Of a stretch of 64,000 nucleotides of DNA, positions 40,393 through 51,067 are shown piece after piece. The DNA is from Bdellovibrionales bacterium (GTDB lineage Bacteria > Bdellovibrionota > Bdellovibrionia > Bdellovibrionales > UBA1609). The notes under the pieces were generated by a model that was not told where the DNA came from, did not search any database, and worked only from the letters and a program-made list of their open reading frames with translations. The position numbers and the translations under genes were made by a program. Within the stretch, counting starts at the first letter, position 1, and every line of letters starts with the position of its first letter. The stretch is from positions 672,001 through 736,000 of the forward strand of contig OZ241456.1 of assembly GCA_965200875.1 (NCBI GenBank). Direction: 5' to 3'.

Positions 40393-40663
40393 TCGGTCCT
40401 GAATAAATAATAAAGCGTTGTTATCACTTGATTTTTTTTATAAAAGTTTCGGGAAAAAATTGCAAGGTTTTACAATACAACCTTTGTTTTCTTGCAAAAA
40501 GTATCAGTGAAAAAGATCTTACCGATACTTGACCTTGAGGCGAGTTCGGCTTTGAGCACACCGCGGCTGAAAAGACGCGTGTGTGGCAAAACGCATGTTT
40601 GAGACCGAGCGGTGAAGTATTGGTAAGAGCATACTCTCACTAAACAGACTTATTCAGACCCGA
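40393..40663 (+). mobile_element. 271-bp non-autonomous MITE-like element
   Basis: Imperfect TIRs TCGGTCCTGAATAAAT / TCGGGTCTGAATAAGT (13/16); flanking direct repeat CGACATAA at 40385-40392 and 40664-40671. Confidence 0.8.
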
Positions 40664-40841
40664 CGACATAAATTGACAAAAGAAAATAAATAGAGGCGTT
40701 TTTGAGACAAGCGGGTAAACAACTCGATAAATCCAGCTCGCGGGCCTCAATATTCCTCGGAAAAGGGAGTTTTTTACCCGGAATGCTTGCTAGAAGCTTT
40801 TTAAAATGCTGGTTTTTAGGCATAAAAAAAATAAATAATCC

Positions 40842-40868
40842 TAAAGTCTGTAAAAAAGTGACCGATAA
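40842..40868 (+). promoter_or_regulatory. FliA/sigma28 promoter
   Basis: TAAA-N15-ACCGATAA. Confidence 0.75.
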
Positions 40869-41019
40869 GCTAGGCTTTGCAAGTTCATCAGGACTCATTC
40901 TGTGCCCGGAAGGCCAAAGAGAGCACGCGTGTGCTTAAGGCACTGGACAAGATTGTGGATAGCCTGACAGACTTATTCAAAAACCTTAATCAAACAAAGA
41001 TAAAGAAAGGAAGTGTATT

Positions 41020-41226
41020 ATGGATAATCAAGTACTAATAGGTGTTTTAGAAGATATAAAAAAAGAGCTAAAAGCCATTGTGAATTTGAAAATGCGCGAG
41101 TTACAGCATAAATATACTTTAGATATTACAGCGGAGAAACCTAAAATTAAAGCTCAAGAAAAATATATCCGGGCCAATAGCTATGCAGATCACCTTAAAC
41201 AAATTGCTTACCCAGAAAGTCAGTAA
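41020..41226 (+). CDS. Small hypothetical protein
   Basis: SD AAGGAAG, 68 aa. Confidence 0.6.
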   Translation: MDNQVLIGVLEDIKKELKAIVNLKMRELQHKYTLDITAEKPKIKAQEKYIRANSYADHLKQIAYPESQ

Positions 41227-41238
41227 GGGAGTGAATTT

Positions 41239-41514
41239 ATGAAATATGGGTTTTTCTTATTTATTTTTATATTTTCATTATCTGCGCAATCTTACTATCC
41301 TGGTTATAATAGTATTCAAGACAATTTAGATGATATAAAAAGAAAAAAAAGGTGTTTAGAAAGACAAAACAGCGAGCAAAGGGAATATATAGATTGTTTG
41401 GAAAGGTGCAGACAGCAAGAACGAGTGAATAGGCAAATAGATTCATTGACAGGTTTCAATAGTTTTTCACCATTCTGTTTTTGTTCACAGCCTATTTCCT
41501 TAGGTTGTTATTAA
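41239..41514 (+). CDS. Small secreted Cys-containing protein
   Basis: SD GGGAG, signal peptide, 6 Cys. Confidence 0.65.
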   Translation: MKYGFFLFIFIFSLSAQSYYPGYNSIQDNLDDIKRKKRCLERQNSEQREYIDCLERCRQQERVNRQIDSLTGFNSFSPFCFCSQPISLGCY

Positions 41515-41560
41515 GCATTGCTATTCAGTGTAAAAAACGGGTTTTTAGCCTTTTTCTTTT

Positions 41561-41588
41561 TTAAGGCCAGTCGCCTAGATTCCGATAA
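41561..41588 (+). promoter_or_regulatory. FliA/sigma28-like promoter
   Basis: TTAA-N16-TCCGATAA. Confidence 0.5.
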
Positions 41589-41783
41589 GTGAAAAGAAGT
41601 AAGCGATCAATAAAGAATAAAAACCGAAAAAAAATAACCTATGGCGGGGTAATAATTACATATCAGGGAGTAAGTCCTAACACTATACATTATATTTTTT
41701 TGATATTAATATTAAACTGGTATATAAATACCATAACTGGTATAAATACCATAATAAAAAGCAACACAATAAGGGGTGTGGTT

Positions 41784-41999
41784 ATGGAGGAGCGTAATAA
41801 ACAATTAACAAAGGTAGAGCAAGCACTAATAATCTTAAAAGAAAAAGAAAATGATGAAGATACACAGCTCTATAATCTAAAACTTCAAAACTTAATGCTT
41901 TTAAAAAAGTTTTTTAGTCGGGGATATCGTGAGAACAAAAAGAATAAAAATACTATCCGCAAAAAAGCGGAAAGAGATAATTTTAACAAAGCTAGATAA
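41784..41999 (+). CDS. Small hypothetical protein
   Basis: AAGGGG SD before ATG 41784. Confidence 0.45.
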   Translation: MEERNKQLTKVEQALIILKEKENDEDTQLYNLKLQNLMLLKKFFSRGYRENKKNKNTIRKKAERDNFNKAR

Positions 42000-42216
42000 A
42001 GCAATGTCATTATGTATAAAACATATCCTGAATAATCCAGATAAAGAACTGCAAGAAGATATCCAAGCTCAAATTAAGTCTTTGCAAATGGTGAAAGACA
42101 CTGTGCTTAGTGTGCCTGATCCTGAAAAAATTATGTGTCCAATCCCTTGTGGACGTATTGCCAGATTCCTAATTTGGTTCTCTAATTTATTTACTAGTCA
42201 ACAAGCTAGTGAATAA
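41929..42216 (+). CDS. Small hypothetical protein
   Basis: GGGGA SD before GTG; 95 aa. Confidence 0.5.
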   Translation: MRTKRIKILSAKKRKEIILTKLDKAMSLCIKHILNNPDKELQEDIQAQIKSLQMVKDTVLSVPDPEKIMCPIPCGRIARFLIWFSNLFTSQQASE

Positions 42217-42435
42217 GTAAAACTTCATAAAAACCAATTTTAAAGCTTTAAAAATATTACTGAAATGGCTGGAGCTATAGAACACGAATCAGAGATTTTC
42301 ATAAAGATTACCCTGTCTTTGTTTGAAATATACTATGAGCAATGGGTGACTTTTCTGGATGTTTTGTCAAATTCTCAATGGTTTGGTTGTTATGTAAAAT
42401 CAGCTGGAATGGAAGCCATTATTTACCCATCTATT

Positions 42436-45400
42436 TTATCGTTTCCATTTTATTTTTCTAAGATACCACACATCACCTTTAATTTTATCACCTGAATTGT
42501 AATACACCCCACTAAAATCATGTCTTTGACCTGTCCTGTATTCTTTTCCATATATCCGCTTTTCTCCTCCAATAAGCCATATTAAACACAAATTCTCCTG
42601 CATTAAATATGAGTTTAAAATATCTGTCTTGATAAGGGCAGATGATGGTCCTGTTAAACAAATACTTGGATCTGTAAACACAGGATAATTTCTTTTATCT
42701 TTCCAGTATTTGTATTGTCTTGGTGGATAGCACAAACTTAATTTATCGATCAATATTTGAGAAGGCAAATAAAAGGATATACCATTATCCATAGAGCGAT
42801 CTTCACTCTCCCATGTGTAGCGACTCACCGGAACAAAATATTTTACTTTACACACATCATTGTTTGTTCGTAGCTCTGTGTGCCACTCGTCTATTGTGTC
42901 ATTATTTTTGTTGGAATATTCTTTCAAAAATTCTGTTTTTCCACCTATTAAATCACCAAGTCCGCAGAGTTCTTGATTTTTAATTTTTTCTAGGAATACT
43001 TTTTTATCTTTTTCTAGGATGATGATAGTGTTGATTCTAAACCATAGCTCCAATTTGTAAAAATCGGTTTCCTCTGTTTTAATTTGTGACATATCTTTTT
43101 GTTGTACTACAAAATTAAAAAGAATAGTCCAAAGGTTGTTATTGTCATCAGGATTCTTTATCTGTAGAATTTTTTTAAAATCTGGAGCATTGTTTTTTGA
43201 TTTCAACCATTCTTCTTGTTTTTCGATAGTGTTTTCAGGGAACTGTGTTAAATGAGGTTGCCACCAACACTTTGGAATATTGTCTCTTTGATCGTCATAT
43301 TTTGTCTTCCGTAAATAACAAGTGGGATCAATATCTCTTAATAATAACTGCCAAGGACCTTCATACTGTTTTTTGTCATCATATTCTTTGATATAATGAA
43401 CATTATCCGCTAAATGAGCTAATAATTTATGAAGAGCAATCCACTGATATTTTTTTCCGATTCTTTCGATAGGATTTTTTCTCTCTCTAGAGGAAGAACA
43501 CATAATGTTTTCAAAATTTTTAAATAATTCTTTTTTCCAACCCATTTCATAAACTTGTTTGCATATCCAACGTTTAGCCCATTGCCGACTGAAAGTGGCG
43601 GGCCTGTCATCCATAAATCTATCTTCAAACAACCACCTGAAGTGTTCTTTTTGTTTTTCATCAAAGGTTTCTATAAATCTATTTTTCTCTTTTGATGATT
43701 GTTCTCTGTGCTTCTCTTTTAGAGAGTTATATTGTGTTAAATATTTATCATAAAGATTTTTTTGTTCTTTACTTAATATATCTATAAATTTTCTTTTAAG
43801 CTCCACCCCTGTTTCTGGATGTGTTTTAGTTAATGGAGTGGGTGAAAAGGAGTGAACACAGCTCATAGTATAAATTCCAAAATCCCCGGCAAAACCCATT
43901 AATGAATGATGTACAGAGCTATATTGCATATCATCTAAAGCTTCTATTTCTGAGTTTGATGGATTTTCAATAGGCCAGTCACTTTTATAAGGAGGACGAA
44001 AATTCTCTGGGTTTATTTCATCAGAGAGCAAGTTTTGATGATATGCAAATTCTAAAACACTTCTGGCGTAATCTCTTAATAATATATGGGGCACAGGTTT
44101 TTCTGTTTCGAATACCTGTTTATAAGTTTTTTCTGCAATTTTTGTAATCAAGTCTTTATTTTCCATATTCAAAACGACACCATAAGCAATGGCATACAGC
44201 CGTTCTTTCACATATAGATCATCCACCTCTGAAAACTTACTCATTAATTCCAATAAATATTCAGGATACTTTGATAAAATGACAATAGCTGACTTTGTTG
44301 CTTTATCTCTTAATTCTCTATGAGAGGATGTTGTAACCCAAATCAATGTTATTGCATAAAGCCTTACCATCTCAGGTTCCAGATTTTGAAAAGTATTGGA
44401 GAGTGAAGTTCGCTCTGCTGAATAAGGCCAGTCAATTAGTTTTTTTACAGTCAAATTTTCACTCATAGAATAAGAGCAAGAAATTTGAGTGGACCAAAGC
44501 TTATCTCTTTCAGTGAGTGTTTTATCAATTAGTATTTTATGAAGTAAATCTGCATTCCAAGGATGATCAGGTTTTATAGATAGTTGTAACAAAATATCTA
44601 ATTTTGGATTATTAAAATCATTGCATGAAATTTGTTGTAATAATTCATCAGTTCTTGCAGTAAAAGAATCAGCAGAACGCCACAAAGTTGAATTTTTAAA
44701 AACAGTGTCTATTAACCATCTCTTTTTATCTTCTTCTATTCTTGAAGCATATTCATCTTCAGATGATTTGTAGTGCTTTAAAAGTGGTCCTTTAGTCGTA
44801 TAATCAATGAGGTCAAATAACTCCACTTTAAAGTGCTCAGCAATACAGACATACAATGCTTCAATAATACCTTGTAAAAAGTAAGTATTATTATTGATAA
44901 AAATATTTCCAAGTGGGGTGTTTTTTTTGAAATATGGTTTGAGGTTTTTCGTGGTGAAAGGAAATGAGGTTTTTAATTTTTTTTGTAAAATAACAGTTTT
45001 AATTTATTGATTGTTTTTTCAAAAGAAGATAAAGGATTGTTGATTATGTGTTTTTGTATCAAGCTTTCAGCAATAAAATAATCACTGAATCGCTCATAGG
45101 TAAAACGTACAATTGGTTCTTCTTTTTTATTTGATGAAAACGCTGAAACTTCATCTGAAATAGATATAATATCTTCAGATAAAATGCCTTCGTTTAAAAG
45201 CTCATTAAATAAACATCCAGTGTTTGGTTGTGGATCACAGTTTTGTATAATTTCTCTTGCTTTTTTCGTTTGAAGACCATCAAGATTACCAGGAAACAGA
45301 TGCAAAGCAAATGACTGAAGAGCTTTTGAAACTATTGTCTCTTTTTCTCTGTATTGCTTTTTTCTATTGATAGTGCTTGAAACAGCATTAATATAAAAAT

Positions 45401-47105
45401 CAAATATTTTTTTAATTCCAGTTAATCCTGTTGGAAATTGATTTTCACCTTCTTCCTTTAGAGCTTTACAGTAAATCTTCACAAACAATGGATTGAAAAA
45501 CTCTGGTTCCATTATAGGCGTGTTTAGAACAAAAATATCTTGTTTCTCAAGGTATTTATATGTTTCATTTGGATCAGAAAATCCTGTATGCTTTATCTCT
45601 ATTGTTAATTTTTCTTCAGTTTGTTCTTTATCAGAATTTTTGACTTCATCAGGCAGAAGATACTCACGATAAGTAGAGCGACAACTAAAAACCAAGGCTA
45701 TATGAAGATATTCTTTTAACTCTGTAACTAAATTTATAATATGGTTTTTCCAATCTTCTTTATGAGGGCCTTCATTAATAGCATCAATAATAATCAAAGT
45801 TCTTGTTGAGCAAGCTTCTCCAAGAGCATTCAAAGCACCTAGAATCTCTTTATGAGAGTTATTATTTAAATCAAGTGCGTTGGAAATAAATTTTAGAGGA
45901 TCGCCTCCTTCATAATGTTGCCCTAAAAGAAACAAAGCCGGTAAATTATTATTTAAACGATTTAAAGTAATATCACACAATAAATGTGATTTTCCCGCTC
46001 CAGCATCTCCTGACAACAATATTGTTTTTTTGACAAAAGCCATCATATCTTTACTACATAAAAAATTAGATAATTTACTATGAGCGTTCATAAATATATT
46101 AAGAGCATTTTGGATTTTTTGTGCATTTCTTGATATTTGATCATTATATATATGCTCAGGTGCAGTAAAAATATCTTCCACAGTTTTTTTTAATTCATCA
46201 TATTTTTCAAAAAATGTATTTTCTTTTATGATTCTCTTTAATAAATTTGATAATTTATTCACATTGGGTTTTATGTTTCCCCATATATCATTTATTTCTT
46301 CTGCTGGTTTTTTGGATTTCTTCTCTATTGAGGAAGTATTATTTTGATTTATTCTCTCAGTTGTAAGCTGTAGATTTTGCAATTGTTCAAACCATTTATT
46401 TGCAATGGATAAAAATCTTTTGTTCCAATTGGGTGTAAGTCCAATACCATCAAAAGATTTTGCTATAGGAAGTTCAATATTAAGCTCAGGAGAAAACCTA
46501 TCTCCAAGTGAGTTTTTGGATTTTTCTGCAATACTTTTAAGGTGTTGAATTTGTAAAATAGAGGAATTAAACCAATATAGAGAACGACCAGAAAAGTGAG
46601 GATCATCTTTACTCAACATATTAAAAATTTCACTAGCTCCCCAAAACACAAACTCAACATTCATATTTTTTGAGTCTGCTATTTCTTTCCATTTCTTTAT
46701 TTTTTTATTCCAATTATCTAATTGACTATTCTGATTATCTTTTCTTGGGTCTGTTCTGTCTAAAGGGAGACAAATATAATATTTTTTCAATTTTGGATGT
46801 TTTTTCAAGGCCGTTTCAACAGATTTAGATATTTGAGCCCATTGACTTTTTTCTAATTTGAAAAAGTACTTTGCTTGCCAAGCATATTCTGAATCATCTT
46901 TTAGTTTCCAAAAACATTCAACTCCAGCATCTCCACCAGAACCTTCTTTTCTGATAAAACACTTTGCATTTTCTGGACGAGATAATCTGGCAAGCTGGCA
47001 AATTAACTCTTCAAAAGCGTTATTCTGACTGCCTTTATAGGTTCGTATTTTAGTAAAATCCAAGCTGTTTATATTCATAGGTTGCAATTTTAAAATATTT
47101 TTCAA
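42436..47105 (-). pseudogene. Avs2-like (AVAST/STAND) anti-phage NTPase with N-terminal PD-(D/E)xK nuclease, split by a 1-nt frameshift at the A8 tract 44977-44984
   Basis: FEELICQL...GGDAGVE...WQAKYF; Walker A GDAGAGKS; Walker B IIIDAINE; ERIGKKYQWIA and GPWQ..LRDIDP; A9 restores one 1556-aa ORF. Confidence 0.75.
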
Positions 47106-47391
47106 ATGAAAATCAACTATAAAACAGATATCAAGTGGGTATTTGATGGATTGTTGGCAAAATAAGAATATGAGAAAGATTATATGGTTTTTCTTTTTTT
47201 ACTGGTTGAAAGAAATAAGAAAAAGAGCTTATTTTATGAAATTCGGTATTTTTAATTCTTAAAAACAGCATTTTTTCACGGACGACTAAGTACTGGCCTG
47301 TGAAAAAAGGGTGTTTGTGTAAGGAAAAAGATGTCATATTTTCTAAACCCAGTAAGATTCTTAACGGCGTGGGATTGAAAATCCGACAACA

Positions 47392-47407
47392 TGGTATTTC
47401 ATTTGCT
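47392..47407 (+). promoter_or_regulatory. sigma54-type -24/-12 promoter
   Basis: TGGTAT-TTCAT-TTGCT (GG-N10-GC). Confidence 0.5.
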
Positions 47408-47521
47408 CTTGTGAAACAGAATGATAAAGAGGTATAATATCTTCAGCGGAAGTTTTTTTTACAGGTCAAGCGACTAAATAAAAGCAGGAGGTTTAATATC
47501 AGTGGAGTCTGAAAAATAAAA

Positions 47522-49012
47522 ATGCAATACTTTAAAACTCAAATTCAGGAAATCAACTCATATAAAAGCCTGTGTTGGTATGGGTGTTTTCTTTCTTTGA
47601 CTCATGTAGTGACTTTTTTTTTCTTTCACAATAACGGTACTGTTTATAACTTCTTAACAAAGAACGCGAATACACTCTGTTGGCCTCAGCTACCTTTTTG
47701 CGAATATTTGCGTTTTCTGTCTCCTGCAGGAGTACAGGTGTTGCTGTATGTGTATCTGTGTATGGCTCTTTTTGCGGTCTTTTTATTTTTATACTCTGCC
47801 TGTTTAAAATCTTCATTATTTGTTTCTTCTGGGATAGGAGCAAGTGGGGAAGGTGTGAGTGGACTCAGTGTGAGTGAACTCAGTGTGAGTAAAAAACCTG
47901 TTCTATATGCTTACTGCCTTTTACTGATTATTAATATAATAAAGGTTTATATATTTTTTATGGATTATCGATTTATGGGTAATTATCATTATATGCCTTT
48001 TCTGATTTCTTTCGTGTTTTTGTTTATCCCGCAAAAGCTTTTTTTCATCCCTTTGTTGATAGTTTGTTTTTATTTTTTTGCAGGCTTGTTAAAAGTCAGC
48101 AATTTGGATTGGCTGACAGGATTGGCTTTTCCTGAAAATCTTAATTTCCCTTTGTTCTTTAATGAGAATATAAAATTGATTCTTTGTTTTTATGTTGTTT
48201 GTTTGGAAATAATTGGTGTCTGGTTTTTGGTTTTCATTCAAACGAATTGTAAAGGGAAAGAGCTGTTAAGCTTTTTTACTTTTTTCAAGAGAAAAACATT
48301 AGCAAGAAAAAGCAGAAGTATGGATATAAAAACAATCTGGAAAATTATGATATATTTTCAGCTTATACTGTTTCATGCTCTGTCTTATTTCATCGTGGGA
48401 TACTTTTATCCTTTGATAATGTTTTGTCTGCTTTCGTTGTTCTTTTTTATGTTTATCCTGAATGAAAAGTCTGATATACTCTACAGGTTTGATTGGAAAT
48501 TTCATAACCTCAAATCCAAACGGCTCAGGCCGAGTTTCTTAAAAATTAAAAACAAAATATCGTATTCTTTAGGTATAAGAACTGAAAACATGTTGCCTGG
48601 AATTGTATTTATGTGTTTGGTGGTATTTGGAAATTTGTTGTCTGTTTTTATTCCGGGTTCAGCTGGTTTAACAGGAGAAGGTCGGTGGTACGGTTTGAAT
48701 ATGTACGATGCTCATACTCAATGTGACAGTCAGATTTTTTTAAAATTTAAAAATAAAATCGTCCAGGAATCTTTTTCAGGATATAATGAGTATGCTTTGC
48801 GCATTCGATGTGATCCTTATATTGATTTTAATACAGTAAAGAAAATCTGTGCATTCTATAAAAAATACCCGGAGTTTATGAATTTAGATTGGTCTTTTTA
48901 CAGTAAACTAAGATCGGATTTAAATTATAAGAGGCTTGTTAATGAAAAAAATGTATGTGGTAAAAATTTGAAATATTTTTCCTGGAGAAAGAATCATTGG
49001 ATAGGTTATTAA
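47522..49012 (+). CDS. HTTM-like polytopic membrane protein
   Basis: Many TM helices; NYHY and YFFAGLLK...DWLTG motifs. Confidence 0.6.
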   Translation: MQYFKTQIQEINSYKSLCWYGCFLSLTHVVTFFFFHNNGTVYNFLTKNANTLCWPQLPFCEYLRFLSPAGVQVLLYVYLCMALFAVFLFLYSACLKSSLFVSSGIGASGEGVSGLSVSELSVSKKPVLYAYCLLLIINIIKVYIFFMDYRFMGNYHYMPFLISFVFLFIPQKLFFIPLLIVCFYFFAGLLKVSNLDWLTGLAFPENLNFPLFFNENIKLILCFYVVCLEIIGVWFLVFIQTNCKGKELLSFFTFFKRKTLARKSRSMDIKTIWKIMIYFQLILFHALSYFIVGYFYPLIMFCLLSLFFFMFILNEKSDILYRFDWKFHNLKSKRLRPSFLKIKNKISYSLGIRTENMLPGIVFMCLVVFGNLLSVFIPGSAGLTGEGRWYGLNMYDAHTQCDSQIFLKFKNKIVQESFSGYNEYALRIRCDPYIDFNTVKKICAFYKKYPEFMNLDWSFYSKLRSDLNYKRLVNEKNVCGKNLKYFSWRKNHWIGY

Positions 49013-49124
49013 ACAGGTGGAGCTTTTGAGATTCGCTGATTACTAACCGGTCACTTTTATTGCAGATAAAGAAAAAATATGTTTTTTAGCTGTTTGAATA
49101 TAAGAAGGAAACAAAGAGTAAAAA

Positions 49125-50393
49125 ATGGGTTTAAAAAAAAAGAATGTATTTATTGTTGGAACAATTCTGTTTTGTTTTATTTTGTTACTTTTTTATTTTG
49201 TGAAAGCTTTAAAATACATGAAAGTCTATTCTAGGAATAATACTGTGTATCATATTGTGCATCACTCCAATAAATCCGTGCGCGAAAATCCCATTAAAAT
49301 CACTTCTCAATTTAGACAGGATTTCAAGAAAAAAGGAGTGGCTGAAGGTATGTTTAATTTGCAAGGGCAGGTAAGACATTTACTGGAAAAAATCAACGGT
49401 TCTTTCCATAGTACAAGTAAAGCCACGCCGGCAGTGGATGCAAGCGGTATTTATATAGGAGCTGACGACGGGTGGTTTTACAAGTTAAGCCATCAGGGAA
49501 AGGTTATTTGGAAAGTTTATTTTGCTAGGACGGATCAGGGTATTCATGGTACAGCTTTATTAAGTGATCAATATCTTTGGATAGGAACTTATAATGGTAC
49601 TTTACATTGTCTGAAAAAGGATACAGGAAAAATAGTGTGGACACTCACTTTAGGTGACACCATTGTTTCTTCTCCTTCCTTTTACAGGGGTTTGATTATT
49701 GTTCCTGTGGGAGTGAGCTTTCTTTCCCCTTCAGGATATGTCGCTGGAATATCCGCAAAAGATGGGAAGTTGAAGTGGAAAACATCTTTAATTTCGGCAC
49801 ATATTTATTCTTCTGTGGCGATTCATCCTGAGAAAGGCTACGGCGTAACAGGCGCAAATAATGGTTTGTTGTTAAAAATTGATCTTAATACTGGTCAGCT
49901 TTTATGGACTTTGCAATTAAAAGGAGTTATTAATAGTACTCCTTTAATTCATAAAAATTATATTTATGTGAGTAACCAAGGTAATCAATTTGCCATGATA
50001 AATGAGAAGGGACAATTAATATGGGAAGTGGATATAAAAACCCGTTCAAAAAGCTCTCCAACTTATGTGCCAGATCGGGAGTATTTAATTTTTTCCACTT
50101 ACGGAAATAGTCGGCTTTTTGCTGTGTCAGCTAATACAGGTTCTTTAATTTGGCAAAGGTTCATTTCCAATGATAACTCTCTGAGCAGTGGGGTGAGTTT
50201 TTTTTCCAAAAAGCATGGAAGATATTTATTTTTGTTTCCCTGTAAAAAAGCAACGATTTGTATAATTGATCCAAATAATGGAAACTCTTTGAAGAAAATT
50301 TACACAGGTTTCTTATTGACTGGCAGTTTTGGTTCTTTTAAAAATCATTTTTATATGAATTTTAGTAATGGAGGGGTATCAGTTTTATATTGA
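49125..50393 (+). CDS. PQQ-type beta-propeller protein (BamB-like), membrane-anchored
   Basis: Repeated TG/DG-x-x-x-W and SSP motifs. Confidence 0.85.
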   Translation: MGLKKKNVFIVGTILFCFILLLFYFVKALKYMKVYSRNNTVYHIVHHSNKSVRENPIKITSQFRQDFKKKGVAEGMFNLQGQVRHLLEKINGSFHSTSKATPAVDASGIYIGADDGWFYKLSHQGKVIWKVYFARTDQGIHGTALLSDQYLWIGTYNGTLHCLKKDTGKIVWTLTLGDTIVSSPSFYRGLIIVPVGVSFLSPSGYVAGISAKDGKLKWKTSLISAHIYSSVAIHPEKGYGVTGANNGLLLKIDLNTGQLLWTLQLKGVINSTPLIHKNYIYVSNQGNQFAMINEKGQLIWEVDIKTRSKSSPTYVPDREYLIFSTYGNSRLFAVSANTGSLIWQRFISNDNSLSSGVSFFSKKHGRYLFLFPCKKATICIIDPNNGNSLKKIYTGFLLTGSFGSFKNHFYMNFSNGGVSVLY

Positions 50394-50478
50394 CGGAAAG
50401 TTTCGATTTATGCACTGATCTGCAATATCCATCACCTGTTTTGGTTGATCTTTTCAAGCGTTCTGAAGTCTTAGACTA

Positions 50479-50720
50479 GTCGGGTCTGAATAAGTCTGTT
50501 TAGTGAGAGTAATACTTCACCGCTCGGTCTCAAACATGCGTTTTGCCACACACGCGTCTTTTCAGCTACGGTGTGCTCAAAGCCGAACTCGCCTCAAGGT
50601 CAAGTATCGGTAAGATCTTTTTCACTGATACTTTTTGCAAGAAAACAAAGGTTGTATTGTAAAACCTTGCAATTTTTCCCGAAGCTTTTGTAAAAAAATC
50701 CAGTGATTACAGTGTATTAA
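50479..50720 (-). mobile_element. Second, inverted copy of the MITE-like element
   Basis: Reverse complement near-identical to 40420-40664 with an 11-nt deletion (TGGTAAGAGCA); left end resembles the 15665 copy. Confidence 0.9.
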
Positions 50721-51067
50721 AAGCTTTTCCCTGTTCCACTTTTATAGAGTATTGGAATATTAAAAAAAATTAATTTTTTTTACGATAAAAGCCGATTAAC
50801 TTTAAAGACCATAAATTTTAATAAGGAAATAAATGTGAAAGGAATCCAAAGAAAAACCCTCTCTACCCCCCCCCTCATGCACTGCGTTATAAGCTGATCC
50901 AGATATTCTCAGGTTTTAAGCAGTTTTTGGCTTTTGCAAAAATAGCAGGATTGTTCAAATACCTTACACGATTACTCAGATTAAATCAGATGTTCTTCTC
51001 TATTGAATCCTCTCCGCAATCCGCATCGCATGTTGCAGTTGTCCCCTTTGTTTTCAGGGGCAATAGT

